Of a stretch of DNA of 40,246 nucleotides, positions 1-8,846 are shown one piece after another (positions within the stretch are counted from its first letter, which is position 1; each line of letters starts with the position of its first letter). Under the pieces are notes generated by a model. It searched no databases and was not told the origin of the DNA. It saw nothing but the letters and a program-made list of their open reading frames with translations. The position numbers and the translations under genes were made by a program. The stretch comes from Nanobdellota archaeon (GTDB taxonomy: Archaea > Nanobdellota > Nanobdellia > Parvarchaeales > Parvarchaeaceae), in assembly GCA_021798355.1 (NCBI GenBank), contig JAJZMG010000018.1:1-40246 (forward strand), written 5' to 3'.

Positions 1-446
1 AAAAGGTCTGCGAGTCTTTCCATAGAGTACCTTGCTTCTGTATAAAAATCTTTTACTTTTGGGATTGCCACTTCATTATGTGGGGGAGGATACCCGTTGT
101 ATATTGATGAGCTGGAAGCAAAAACAAGCTTACACTTATTCTTTACACAGTAATTTAGTATGTCTATAAACTCGGAAATGGCTTTTCCTACTAAAGTATT
201 ATCCTTTCTGTAAACAGGTGAAGAAGAATATATGCCTTCATGAAATACTACATCTGCCTTCCCAAGTTTTGATATCTTTGACGAGTTTTCTTTCAAGAAA
301 TCTATCTTATTTTCTATATGTTTAATATTCTTTTTGTCTCCAGTGCTTAAGTTGTCAATGACAGAAACGGAGTAATTCTCTTTCAAAAGTTCTTCGGCGA
401 TATGGGAACCGACAAAACCGGCTCCTCCAGTAACTATTGCCTTCAT
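1..446 (-). CDS. NAD-dependent epimerase/dehydratase (extended SDR), 3' end outside window
   Basis: Not in ORF track. Manual translation from ATG at 446: MKAIVTGGAGFVGSHIAEELL...VIDNLSTG...VFASSSSIY. Rossmann TGxxGxxG motif of nucleotide-sugar epimerases. Confidence 0.9.
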   Translation of the reverse strand, partial: MKAIVTGGAGFVGSHIAEELLKENYSVSVIDNLSTGDKKNIKHIENKIDFLKENSSKISKLGKADVVFHEGIYSSSPVYRKDNTLVGKAISEFIDILNYCVKNKCKLVFASSSSIYNGYPPPHNEVAIPKVKDFYTEARYSMERLADL

Positions 447-480
447 ATCAATGATATGAATATGGCCATTTAAATGTATT

Positions 481-1173
481 TCATTTGTTTTCTTTAAGGT
501 AACTCTCTAAATCTTCAGCATTTATCATTGGCTTTTTTACCTTGTTCATGTCATCTATTGCTATTCTTTGGCATGCCGTGCTTACAAAAGCGTCTATTTC
601 CCTAAATTCATTTAGCCTTTCAAAGTTTATTTCATCTGCTATTACCGAGTACACTTGTTTTCCTTCTTTTCTAAGTTTCTCCTTTAACATTTTTGACCCA
701 TAAGTCTGTCCGGATTTTGTGGACTCAACGAACATTATCTTTTTTGCAGTCAATACAGCCCCAATTCCTTGCATTATCCTTTTTCTGTATTTTTCGGCCA
801 CACCTGCATCTATTATTTCAATATTTTCAGTTTCTGGGTCCGCAGTTATCACGGTTTTACCGTATTTAAGAGGTATGCCCAAGACATGAAACATCCCCTG
901 CTCAAAAGCCAAAGTTGCATCACAGTCATTACAGTCTGCAGCATAAACGTCGCAGCCTAAAATCTGTCCAGGATACATTGCCCTATAAAGCGATTGTTTT
1001 ACTACAAATTCTTTGTCTTTTACTCTTTCTTTAAAATCATTCATCTGGTCTATGAACTGTATAGCCGCAACAAGGTTTATTTTTTTGTATGGCTTTATCT
1101 CCTCATAAATCCTTTTTACAAATTCATCGCTTAATTTGCCTTTAAACCTGGATTCAACAAAAATCATTTCCAT
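481..1173 (-). CDS. dph2: Diphthamide biosynthesis protein Dph2 family (short form)
   Basis: GQILGCD, STKSGQ and FVSTACQRIAIDD match Dph2 domains 2-3. Only 230 aa. Confidence 0.85.
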   Translation of the reverse strand: MEMIFVESRFKGKLSDEFVKRIYEEIKPYKKINLVAAIQFIDQMNDFKERVKDKEFVVKQSLYRAMYPGQILGCDVYAADCNDCDATLAFEQGMFHVLGIPLKYGKTVITADPETENIEIIDAGVAEKYRKRIMQGIGAVLTAKKIMFVESTKSGQTYGSKMLKEKLRKEGKQVYSVIADEINFERLNEFREIDAFVSTACQRIAIDDMNKVKKPMINAEDLESYLKENK

Positions 1174-1200
1174 TTTATCTTCATTATATGCCCTTCTAAT

Positions 1201-1234
1201 AAGCTATTTATACATATGCAAAGCTATTTATAAA
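1201..1234. promoter_or_regulatory. Divergent promoter region with 12-bp direct repeat AAGCTATTTATA (1201-1212, 1221-1232) containing TATA boxes
   Basis: Exact repeat between divergent dph2 and rps6e. TTTATAAA at 1227 lies 32 nt before the rps6e ATG. Confidence 0.6.
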
Positions 1235-1258
1235 TAACAGTTATATCTAATAAAGTCT

Positions 1259-1636
1259 ATGGAAATAAAGATTGTAATAAATGATCCAAAAACGGGGAAA
1301 TCCTTTAATAAGAGTCTAGATAGCGAAAAGGCAGACCAGTTATTTGGTAAAAAGATAAATGAGGAGTTTGACCTTTCGTTTGTAGGTTTAGATGGATATG
1401 TTGGCATAATAACTGGTGGAAGTTATATGACTGGAATGCCAATGTCTAAGAACTTAGATGGAGCTGGACTTAGAAAAGTGCTTATAGGAAAAGGATTAGG
1501 AAATAGACAAGACATACGTAGGAGGAAAAGCATTGCCGGTAATACTATCGGGCAGTTTACATCTCAAATTAACATAAAAATATCAAAGTACGGAGAAAAA
1601 TCTTTGGAGCAGTTATTTACCCCTTCTAATGGTTAA
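1259..1636 (+). CDS. rps6e: 30S ribosomal protein eS6
   Basis: KIVINDPKTGKS, ITGGS..GMPM, RRRKSIAGN..QINIKI. Conserved position upstream of aIF2-gamma. Confidence 0.93.
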   Translation: MEIKIVINDPKTGKSFNKSLDSEKADQLFGKKINEEFDLSFVGLDGYVGIITGGSYMTGMPMSKNLDGAGLRKVLIGKGLGNRQDIRRRKSIAGNTIGQFTSQINIKISKYGEKSLEQLFTPSNG

Positions 1637-2810
1637 GAATATAACAATAGATATAGTTGGTAATTTTGCCGATGGAAAAACGACTTTGGTAAAGGCAATT
1701 ACCAGCGAGTCTACTTTAAGGCACAGTGAAGAAAAAAAGAGAGGTATAACTATAAGGCTCGGTTATGCACATTTTCTCATATATAAATGCGAATCTTGTG
1801 GCTCTTTCAGTAGGTACAAAAAATGTGAAGTGTGCAAATCGGATGCAAGTTTATATTATAGGGTTTCCATAATAGATTCTCCAGGCCATAAGACATTGAT
1901 GACTATAATGCTGAGCGGCGCAACTTTAGTAGACGGTGCAGTTTTAGTTATAGCCTCCAATCAAAAATGCCCCCAGCCGCAAACGCAGGAGCACATTGAA
2001 GCCCTTAGGATAATCGGCGTTAAAAATATAGTTGTAGCTCAGACTAAAATAGATGTGGTTGGTAAAGAAAGGGCAAAGGAAAGTTACAATGAAATAAAAG
2101 AGTTTATGTCAAAAAATGGTTATCCAGACGCCAAGATTATACCCGTTTTTGCTGCACAAGATGTAAACATTACACAATTAATCCAGGAGATAGGCAAGTT
2201 CGAAGTGGAGGATAATTCGAATCAAGAAAGGACGGAGATGGTAGTTGTAAGAAGTTTCGATATAAATAGACCTGGTGCAGATATAGGAGAACTTAAGGGA
2301 GGAGTACTGGGTGGGGGGATAAAATCTGGTCTGCTAAAGATAAATGACAGTATATTAGTTTACCCCGGCGCTTACATTAAAAATTCATGGAAGCCATTGA
2401 AGACTAAAGTAGTAAGCATGCAAAGCGAATTCGGGACTGAAAAATCGGCTTCAAGAGGTTTGATGGTAGGCGTAGAAACTGACTTAGACCCTTCTTTAGC
2501 AAGAAGAGATAATCTGGCTGGAGCACTAATTGTTAAAAGTGACAGCCTTCCATTGTTCAAAAATAGAATAGCAATAAAATACGAAGCGATTCAGGGCAAA
2601 TTTGACAAACCATTACAAAAAAATGAAACAGTTCTTTTGAATGTATTAGCTTCCAAAGTTTTGGGGACCGTTGTATCTTATGTAAATAGCAGCGTTGTTT
2701 TAAATCTTGGCACGTCGTCATTGCCTTACTTTGTAGGTGAACGTGCCATTCTTTCAAGAAAGCTTAATAACGTTTGGACTGTAGCGGGCTCTGGAAATAT
2801 CTATGAATGA
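1629..2810 (+). CDS. eif2g: Translation initiation factor 2 gamma subunit (aIF2-gamma)
   Basis: HSEEKKRGITIRLGYA, Zn knuckle CESC/CEVC, DSPGH, CPQPQTQEH, RSFDINRPG..LKGGVLGG. Confidence 0.95.
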   Translation: MVKNITIDIVGNFADGKTTLVKAITSESTLRHSEEKKRGITIRLGYAHFLIYKCESCGSFSRYKKCEVCKSDASLYYRVSIIDSPGHKTLMTIMLSGATLVDGAVLVIASNQKCPQPQTQEHIEALRIIGVKNIVVAQTKIDVVGKERAKESYNEIKEFMSKNGYPDAKIIPVFAAQDVNITQLIQEIGKFEVEDNSNQERTEMVVVRSFDINRPGADIGELKGGVLGGGIKSGLLKINDSILVYPGAYIKNSWKPLKTKVVSMQSEFGTEKSASRGLMVGVETDLDPSLARRDNLAGALIVKSDSLPLFKNRIAIKYEAIQGKFDKPLQKNETVLLNVLASKVLGTVVSYVNSSVVLNLGTSSLPYFVGERAILSRKLNNVWTVAGSGNIYE

Positions 2811-3162
2811 AGTCGTTGTAGACACAAATGTACTAGTTTATTGTTTCGACGGCAAATTAGATCTGAGGGGTTTGCTTGATAATTCTCTTCAGGAAAACTT
2901 TTCTTTAGTTACTATCAAAAAATGTATGGATGAGCTTCTTGTAATTAAAAGGCAAGATGTACATAACTTTTTTCTTTTTTATGGCATTAAAATAGTTGAT
3001 TTTAATGCAGGCAAAAACACAGACGATACTTTATTGGAGTACTGTACTAGTAAAAAGTGTCTGCTTTTTACGGAAGATAAAAAATTAAAAAATAAAGCGA
3101 ATGAGATTGGCATAAAGACATTGAGTCTTGACGGTAGGTCAGTAAGAATCAGCGATAAATAA
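2803..3162 (+). CDS. PIN-domain protein (Fcf1/Utp24-like)
   Basis: VVVDTNVL, TDD and LFTEDKKL acidic PIN motifs. Conserved rps6e-eif2g-PIN order. Confidence 0.85.
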   Translation: MNEVVVDTNVLVYCFDGKLDLRGLLDNSLQENFSLVTIKKCMDELLVIKRQDVHNFFLFYGIKIVDFNAGKNTDDTLLEYCTSKKCLLFTEDKKLKNKANEIGIKTLSLDGRSVRISDK

Positions 3163-3180
3163 GTTATAAAAATATAAATG

Positions 3181-3188
3181 TTTATATA
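3181..3188 (+). promoter_or_regulatory. TATA box (TTTATATA) for alba
   Basis: Archaeal TATA consensus starting 32 nt upstream of ATG 3213. Confidence 0.6.
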
Positions 3189-3212
3189 GATACAACTTTA
3201 AAAAATAGGATT

Positions 3213-3482
3213 ATGGAAAATGATATAATATTTGTGGGAAAGAAGCCAATAATGTCATATGTTATGGCCATACTTACTCATTTAAATTCCGGTAATAATC
3301 AAGTTGTACTAAAAGCAAGGGGTTCCTCAATTTCAACGGCAGTTGACATATCACAGGTTACGATGAATAAATTTATGAAAGATCTTAAGATTTCTCACAT
3401 TGACATCGGGACAGAAGAACTTGCTGATAAAGAGGGAAAGAAAAGAAATGTTTCATTCATATCAATTGAGATGAAGAGGTAG
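3213..3482 (+). CDS. albA: DNA/RNA-binding chromatin protein Alba
   Basis: IFVGKKPIMSYV, LKARG..ISTAVD, RNVSFISIEM. Confidence 0.95.
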   Translation: MENDIIFVGKKPIMSYVMAILTHLNSGNNQVVLKARGSSISTAVDISQVTMNKFMKDLKISHIDIGTEELADKEGKKRNVSFISIEMKR

Positions 3483-3483
3483 C

Positions 3484-4128
3484 ATGATAAAAGAAAATGA
3501 TTTTGTAATGATAAATTTTGTCGGCAGAATAACGGCTACTGGTCAGATATTTGATCTAACCGATAAAAAAGTTGCTGAACAAGAGAATATAAAAGGAGAT
3601 TATAATTTTTCTCCAATACTTGTTATTCCAGGAGGTAATTACGTTTTAAAAGCCTTATCTGATTCTGTAATAGGTAAAAATGTCGGAGATAAATACTCAA
3701 TTATCGTTTCGCCAAAAGAAGGTTTTGGTGAGTTTGACAAGAAACTTATACGAACTTATGGTATTTCAGTTTTTAGAAGTAATAACATCAATCCCTCCGT
3801 AGGAGACATGGTATTGTTAGATGACAAAATGGCCACTGTTTTAGCAATAAACAGTGGGAGAGTACTGGTAAGCTACAATCACCCTCTTGCGGGTAAAGAA
3901 TTAAAATATGATATAGAGATACTTTCAATAATTGAAAATGATTTAGACAAATACTCTGCGATATTTCAGCATTATGTTGGAAAGGCGCCGGAAAAAGTCA
4001 ATGTTAATGGGGAAAACATAAAAATATCAACTAAAGAGGATGTTAAACCTTATATAAAAGACAGTATATACGTGGACATAGAAAAATACATAAACAAGGA
4101 CCTCAAAACTGAGATCATAAAAGATTAG
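3484..4128 (+). CDS. slyD: FKBP-type peptidyl-prolyl isomerase (SlyD-like, archaeal long type)
   Basis: DFVMINFVGRI..GQIFD, VSPKEGFG, NHPLAGKELKYDIEI. Confidence 0.9.
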   Translation: MIKENDFVMINFVGRITATGQIFDLTDKKVAEQENIKGDYNFSPILVIPGGNYVLKALSDSVIGKNVGDKYSIIVSPKEGFGEFDKKLIRTYGISVFRSNNINPSVGDMVLLDDKMATVLAINSGRVLVSYNHPLAGKELKYDIEILSIIENDLDKYSAIFQHYVGKAPEKVNVNGENIKISTKEDVKPYIKDSIYVDIEKYINKDLKTEIIKD

Positions 4129-4176
4129 TAGATATTTATATATAATCAGGACTGATTAATTTATTGAGGTAATATT

Positions 4177-5304
4177 ATGGATGATATACAAATGAATAAT
4201 TCGCTTAGTCAGGGAATAAAAGGAATAAAATACGACGCCAGTAAGACAAAGGAGTTTGATAAGTCTCTAGAAGAGCTAATAGCGTCAAGAAGAGCAAATA
4301 TAAAAGTAGTCGGGGTAGGTGGCTCGGGAAACAATACTCTTAATAGGATGTTTGAGGTAGGTATAAAAGGAGCTGAGTTTATTGCAGTAAATACCGATGC
4401 AGCGGACCTTCTATGTACTCCTGCAGACAAAAAAATACTTATAGGTAAGGAATTGACAAATGGGTTGGGAGCAGGTGCAGATCCATCCGTCGGTGAAGCA
4501 GCAGCTAAAGAGCAAGAACAAGAAATTAAAGAGGCTCTTCAAGGCGCAGATCTGGTTTTTATATGCTGCGGTATGGGCGGCGGAACAGGCACGGGCGCAG
4601 CGCCAGTCGTTGCATTAGTAGCTAAAAAGATAAATGCACTTACAATTGCAGTAGTTACTCTACCGTTTAAAGCGGAAGGCAGAAGAAGAATGAATTCTGC
4701 TATCAACGGAGTCGAAAAACTAAAAAATACAGTAGATACTTTAATAACGGTTCCGAATGAAAAATTGATGGCAATAGCCCCGGGTTTACCACTCCCTATC
4801 GCATTAAAGATAGCGGACGATGTTCTTACTAACGCAGTAAAAGGGATAACAGAGTTGATAACTAAAGCAGGACTTATAAACGTAGACTTCGCAGATGTGA
4901 AAAGAATTATGTCTAACGGAGGGGTTGCTCTTATAGGGACCGGAGAAAGCGATGCTAAGGATAAAAAGCTTGAAACAGTAGTAGAGAAAGTTCTTAATAA
5001 TCCTCTTATAGATGTAGATGTTTCAACTGCAAAGGGAATGCTTATAGACGTAAGTGGGGGTCCTTCGCTCACATTAGAAGAAGCAAATAAGCTTGTTGAT
5101 TTGATTGGCCAAAAACTGCCTGAGGATATAAATATCATCTGGGGTGCACATATATTTCCAGATTTGAAGAATACTGTAAAGGTTCTGGCAATAATAACAG
5201 GCGTTACTTCTAAACAAATAAGCGGTAAGTCCATAGCGGAAGATCAACAACTTAAGGAAAAAAGAGAAGTTGAAGATGAGTTAGGAATAACCTTCCTAAG
5301 TTGA
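4177..5304 (+). CDS. ftsZ: Cell division protein FtsZ
   Basis: VVGVGGSGNN, AVNTD, GAGADP, GGGTGTG signature, INVDFADVK. GAGGT ribosome-binding site upstream. Confidence 0.98.
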   Translation: MDDIQMNNSLSQGIKGIKYDASKTKEFDKSLEELIASRRANIKVVGVGGSGNNTLNRMFEVGIKGAEFIAVNTDAADLLCTPADKKILIGKELTNGLGAGADPSVGEAAAKEQEQEIKEALQGADLVFICCGMGGGTGTGAAPVVALVAKKINALTIAVVTLPFKAEGRRRMNSAINGVEKLKNTVDTLITVPNEKLMAIAPGLPLPIALKIADDVLTNAVKGITELITKAGLINVDFADVKRIMSNGGVALIGTGESDAKDKKLETVVEKVLNNPLIDVDVSTAKGMLIDVSGGPSLTLEEANKLVDLIGQKLPEDINIIWGAHIFPDLKNTVKVLAIITGVTSKQISGKSIAEDQQLKEKREVEDELGITFLS

Positions 5305-5306
5305 TT

Positions 5307-5759
5307 ATGGATGAAAATAAAAGTCTCGCAGATGCTAATTTAGGTAAAGCTGATAGGAAAGAAGAAGCAACAAACCAAGTAAATACAGCGAGTACTGGAA
5401 TACAAGGGGAAAACCCAAAGGAGAAGTCTGCAGATATTAAAAATAATCAAAATGATCAGAAGACAGCTTCACAGCCCATCATTCAAAGTAGCTTAAATGA
5501 AAACCATAAAGATGAAAAGCCAAAAGTAAAGAAAAAAAGATTTCATCTCTACCATGTTAAAAATCTGCTTAAAAAGGCCCATCCTTTGAATATAAAGGCA
5601 AAATTGGAGCATTATAGGTTTGAATACAGTAGAATTCTGCATCTAGCTAGAAAACCTACAAAACAGGAATTTAAGGAACTTTCTATAATGGTTATAATAG
5701 GAACATTTATAATAGGTATACTGGGATTTATAATACAAATGATAATCCAAGTTATTTAA
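5307..5759 (+). CDS. secE: Protein translocase SecE/Sec61-gamma with long N-terminal extension
   Basis: C-terminal EYSRILHLARKPTKQEF plus a TM segment. Follows ftsZ as in many archaea. ATG 5307 preferred over TTG 5301. Confidence 0.85.
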   Translation: MDENKSLADANLGKADRKEEATNQVNTASTGIQGENPKEKSADIKNNQNDQKTASQPIIQSSLNENHKDEKPKVKKKRFHLYHVKNLLKKAHPLNIKAKLEHYRFEYSRILHLARKPTKQEFKELSIMVIIGTFIIGILGFIIQMIIQVI

Positions 5760-5868
5760 TATTAAAGCACTATTTCAAATTTATAAAATTTTATATAAAC
5801 ATCAGGTATGCTACTTTATTATAAATGTGAATCAGAACCTATAAATTAATCCAATTTGTTAGAATAAT

Positions 5869-6426
5869 ATGTCGCAGGCCGTCAAACTTAAGTTGATTCA
5901 AAGTAATGGACAAAATTGTAATGTTTACAAACTTTCTTCGAATAAAGAAAATGCAAGCGTTTCGGTTGACAAAAGCGTATTGAACATAGTCGATTTATTT
6001 AGAGGGGAGACCCCTAGAGCCAAATTCATAAACGACTCACTTAAACGGGGATTAGGCTTATTTGAAGCAGTCTGGATATTCAAGAGGGAGCTACTCGAAT
6101 TGAGTATGCACAAAAAAGTCATTGCAAGGGTAACTAAAAGCGCCATACGGCCATTACATAAACACTCCGGATTTGTTGAGATAACCCAAGAAAGTATAGA
6201 ATTCTATAATAAAAAACTTGATAAATTAATCATGAGTGTAGACAAAAAATCGATATCAGAAACAAGTGTAGGATATGACAAATTCTTTAAAAAAGAGTTT
6301 TATAGCTATTCTCCACCGCTGCGTTTTATTTTCAATGGAAAGACCATCTACCTATTTTTGAGACTTCCAGGAGAGAGAAAATTTAAAGGCGATGACAAAC
6401 TTTTTATAGGGCTCATAGGGGATTGA
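5869..6426 (+). CDS. Hypothetical protein (basic, beta-rich; possibly PH-like C-terminal domain)
   Basis: 185-aa ORF ending 1 nt before the ATPase start. No confident family motif. Confidence 0.6.
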   Translation: MSQAVKLKLIQSNGQNCNVYKLSSNKENASVSVDKSVLNIVDLFRGETPRAKFINDSLKRGLGLFEAVWIFKRELLELSMHKKVIARVTKSAIRPLHKHSGFVEITQESIEFYNKKLDKLIMSVDKKSISETSVGYDKFFKKEFYSYSPPLRFIFNGKTIYLFLRLPGERKFKGDDKLFIGLIGD

Positions 6427-6427
6427 T

Positions 6428-8842
6428 ATGGCCAAGAGCGTCGAAATAAACAAAGAAACCGAATTTAGAAAATTGTCTTCTAGTAAAAACGGGCTTTCCG
6501 ATAAAGAAGCGGAAGAGAGGATAAAAACCTACGGATATAATGAGATAGCAAGTAAAAAAGCCAGTCATATAAAAAAATTCCTTTTAAAATTTTGGGGGCC
6601 GATCCCATTTATGCTTTTTATCGTAATACTAATATCAGTTTTCCTAGGCAAATATATAGATGCTTACATAGTGATAGGTCTGCTTCTGTTTAATGGAGTA
6701 GCGGGGTTTTTTGAGGAGTTCAAGGCAGATAATACCCTAGAACTTTTAAAGAATAAACTTTCAGTAAATGTAAACGTGCAAAGAGATAATCAATGGAAGA
6801 AATTAGCTTCCAAATTTCTTGTTCCAGGGGATATAATTAGAGTAAGGATGGGCGATATAGTACCAGCAGACTGTCTTATAATAGAAGGCGATTATCTTTC
6901 GGTTGATCAGTCAATGTTAACAGGAGAGTCTTTGCCAGTCGATAGAAAGGAGGGTGATACAGTATTCTCCTCCTCAACTATAAGGGAAGGGGAAGCAACT
7001 GCCCTTGTTTTAAAGACTGGAAAGAGCACATCTTTCGGCAAAACAGCAGATCTTGTAAGAATCGCAGGGGGCAAAATGCACTTAGAAAATGATATTATAA
7101 AACTTCTCAAATATCTTATTTATGTAGACCTCATACTTATCGCTGCAGTTTTTATATCCTCCTATTTCTTTAATATAACTATACTTACTATAATCCCCTT
7201 TTCTCTGCTTATATTGCTTGCATCAGTTCCCGTTGCTTTGCCTGCTGCATTTACAGTCGCAATGGCGTATGGTACTGAGAGGCTTTCCTCAAAGAATATA
7301 CTTGTAACTAAACTCGAAGCTATAGAAGAAGCGTCTACTATGAATGTAGTTTGTCTTGACAAAACTGGAACAATAACAAGCAATCAGCTTTCTGTCTCCG
7401 ATCCTTTTGGTTATGGCAAATTCTCTGCACAGGAAGTTTTATTCTACGGTTCCATCGCATCAAAAAGAGAAGACAATGATGAGATAGATACTGCAATTAT
7501 AGACGGGTTTAAAAAATATGACACAAAAAAACTAGAATTAAACTATAAATTGGTAAAATTCACTCCATTCAGCCCATCAACAAAAATATCGCAAGCCGAT
7601 GTCGTTTTAAACGGCAAAAAGATGTCTGCAATTAAAGGGTTTCCATCGATTGTTATGAGAAAATGTTCTTTAGATGTTTCAGAGACAAAAAAAGTAAATG
7701 AGAAGATAAAGGAGATGTCTCTAAAAGGATATCGTACTATTGCCGTGGCAGCCAAATTGGAAAGTAAAAAAGACTGGTCTTTTGTCGGTGTTATACCATT
7801 AAATGACAAGCCAAGACAAGACAGTAAGAATTTAATAGAGGAGCTTAAAGCACTCGGTATAAAGACAAAGATGCTTACAGGAGATAATATAGATACTGCA
7901 AAGGAGATAGCTAAAGAAGTTGGGATAGGGGAAAGGATACTTGATGTTAGGACTTTGGAAGGTCTTGATGAAAAGACCTTGTCAAAGCTAGTTATCGAGC
8001 ATGACGGGTTTGCAGGTGTATTCCCAAAGGACAAATACATGATTGTAAAAGCATTGCAGGATTCTGGTTATCATGTTGGGATGACAGGTGATGGGGTTAA
8101 TGATGCACCTGCCTTAAAACAAGCTGAGGTAGGTATAGCCGTTTCAAATGCAACTGACGTTGCAAAAAGCGCAGCAACGATCGTTTTAACCTCTCCAGGG
8201 ATAGAGCCGATAGTAAACGCAGTAAAAGAGAGTAGATCAATATTTGAAAGAATGATAAGTTATACACTAAACAAGGTAGCTAGAATATTCCAAATAGCTT
8301 TCTTCCTTTCAATCGCATTTATAATATTAAGGTTTCTTCCGATTAGGGCTATACAGCTTATTCTTATGATATTCATAAACGATATAGGTAGCATATCCTT
8401 GTCTACCGATAAGGAAAGTTACTCTAAAAAGCCAGATGCCTGGAGTATAAAGGCAATATTTTATGCTTCCGTCATTTTTGGAATAATGGCAATAATTGAA
8501 GTTTCACTGCTTGCTTATTTTGGTTTAGTCTATTTTCATTTGAATCATGCTTCTTTTGAAACATTTATGTTCGTTGCGTTCATTTTTTCAATAGAAGCCC
8601 TTCTTTTATCTATACGATCTAGGAAGAGGTTCTTTCATTCAAGGCCCAGCATTCCGGTAATTATACAGATAGTACTTGCAGTTGTAATAACTTCTTTTAT
8701 AGCGGTATTTGGAGTTTTAATGCCAAGTATAAGTGTATATTATCTGCTGTTTGTAGGTATTTTTTCCGTAATTTTCTTACTAATAACCGATTACATTAAA
8801 GTGTTTGCTTATAAGAAAGACAAGGAGTTTTCACTTCTTTAA
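6428..8842 (+). CDS. P-type plasma-membrane H+-ATPase (type IIIA)
   Basis: DQSMLTGESLP, ASVPVALPA, DKTGT phosphorylation site, FTPFSP, TGDGVNDAPALK, FWGPIP. About 800 aa, typical of P3A pumps. Confidence 0.92.
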   Translation: MAKSVEINKETEFRKLSSSKNGLSDKEAEERIKTYGYNEIASKKASHIKKFLLKFWGPIPFMLFIVILISVFLGKYIDAYIVIGLLLFNGVAGFFEEFKADNTLELLKNKLSVNVNVQRDNQWKKLASKFLVPGDIIRVRMGDIVPADCLIIEGDYLSVDQSMLTGESLPVDRKEGDTVFSSSTIREGEATALVLKTGKSTSFGKTADLVRIAGGKMHLENDIIKLLKYLIYVDLILIAAVFISSYFFNITILTIIPFSLLILLASVPVALPAAFTVAMAYGTERLSSKNILVTKLEAIEEASTMNVVCLDKTGTITSNQLSVSDPFGYGKFSAQEVLFYGSIASKREDNDEIDTAIIDGFKKYDTKKLELNYKLVKFTPFSPSTKISQADVVLNGKKMSAIKGFPSIVMRKCSLDVSETKKVNEKIKEMSLKGYRTIAVAAKLESKKDWSFVGVIPLNDKPRQDSKNLIEELKALGIKTKMLTGDNIDTAKEIAKEVGIGERILDVRTLEGLDEKTLSKLVIEHDGFAGVFPKDKYMIVKALQDSGYHVGMTGDGVNDAPALKQAEVGIAVSNATDVAKSAATIVLTSPGIEPIVNAVKESRSIFERMISYTLNKVARIFQIAFFLSIAFIILRFLPIRAIQLILMIFINDIGSISLSTDKESYSKKPDAWSIKAIFYASVIFGIMAIIEVSLLAYFGLVYFHLNHASFETFMFVAFIFSIEALLLSIRSRKRFFHSRPSIPVIIQIVLAVVITSFIAVFGVLMPSISVYYLLFVGIFSVIFLLITDYIKVFAYKKDKEFSLL

Positions 8843-8846
8843 TTAC

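Noticed and set aside
1201-1232. AAGCTATTTATA repeat as a CRISPR or origin repeat
   Set aside because: Only two copies 20 nt apart. Similar GCTATTTA words at 19451, 27075 and 39151 coincide with TATA positions, so promoter elements explain it.
4209-5234. Antisense ORFs of 73 and 231 aa
   Set aside because: They lie wholly opposite ftsZ and show no motif; shadow frames from codon bias.
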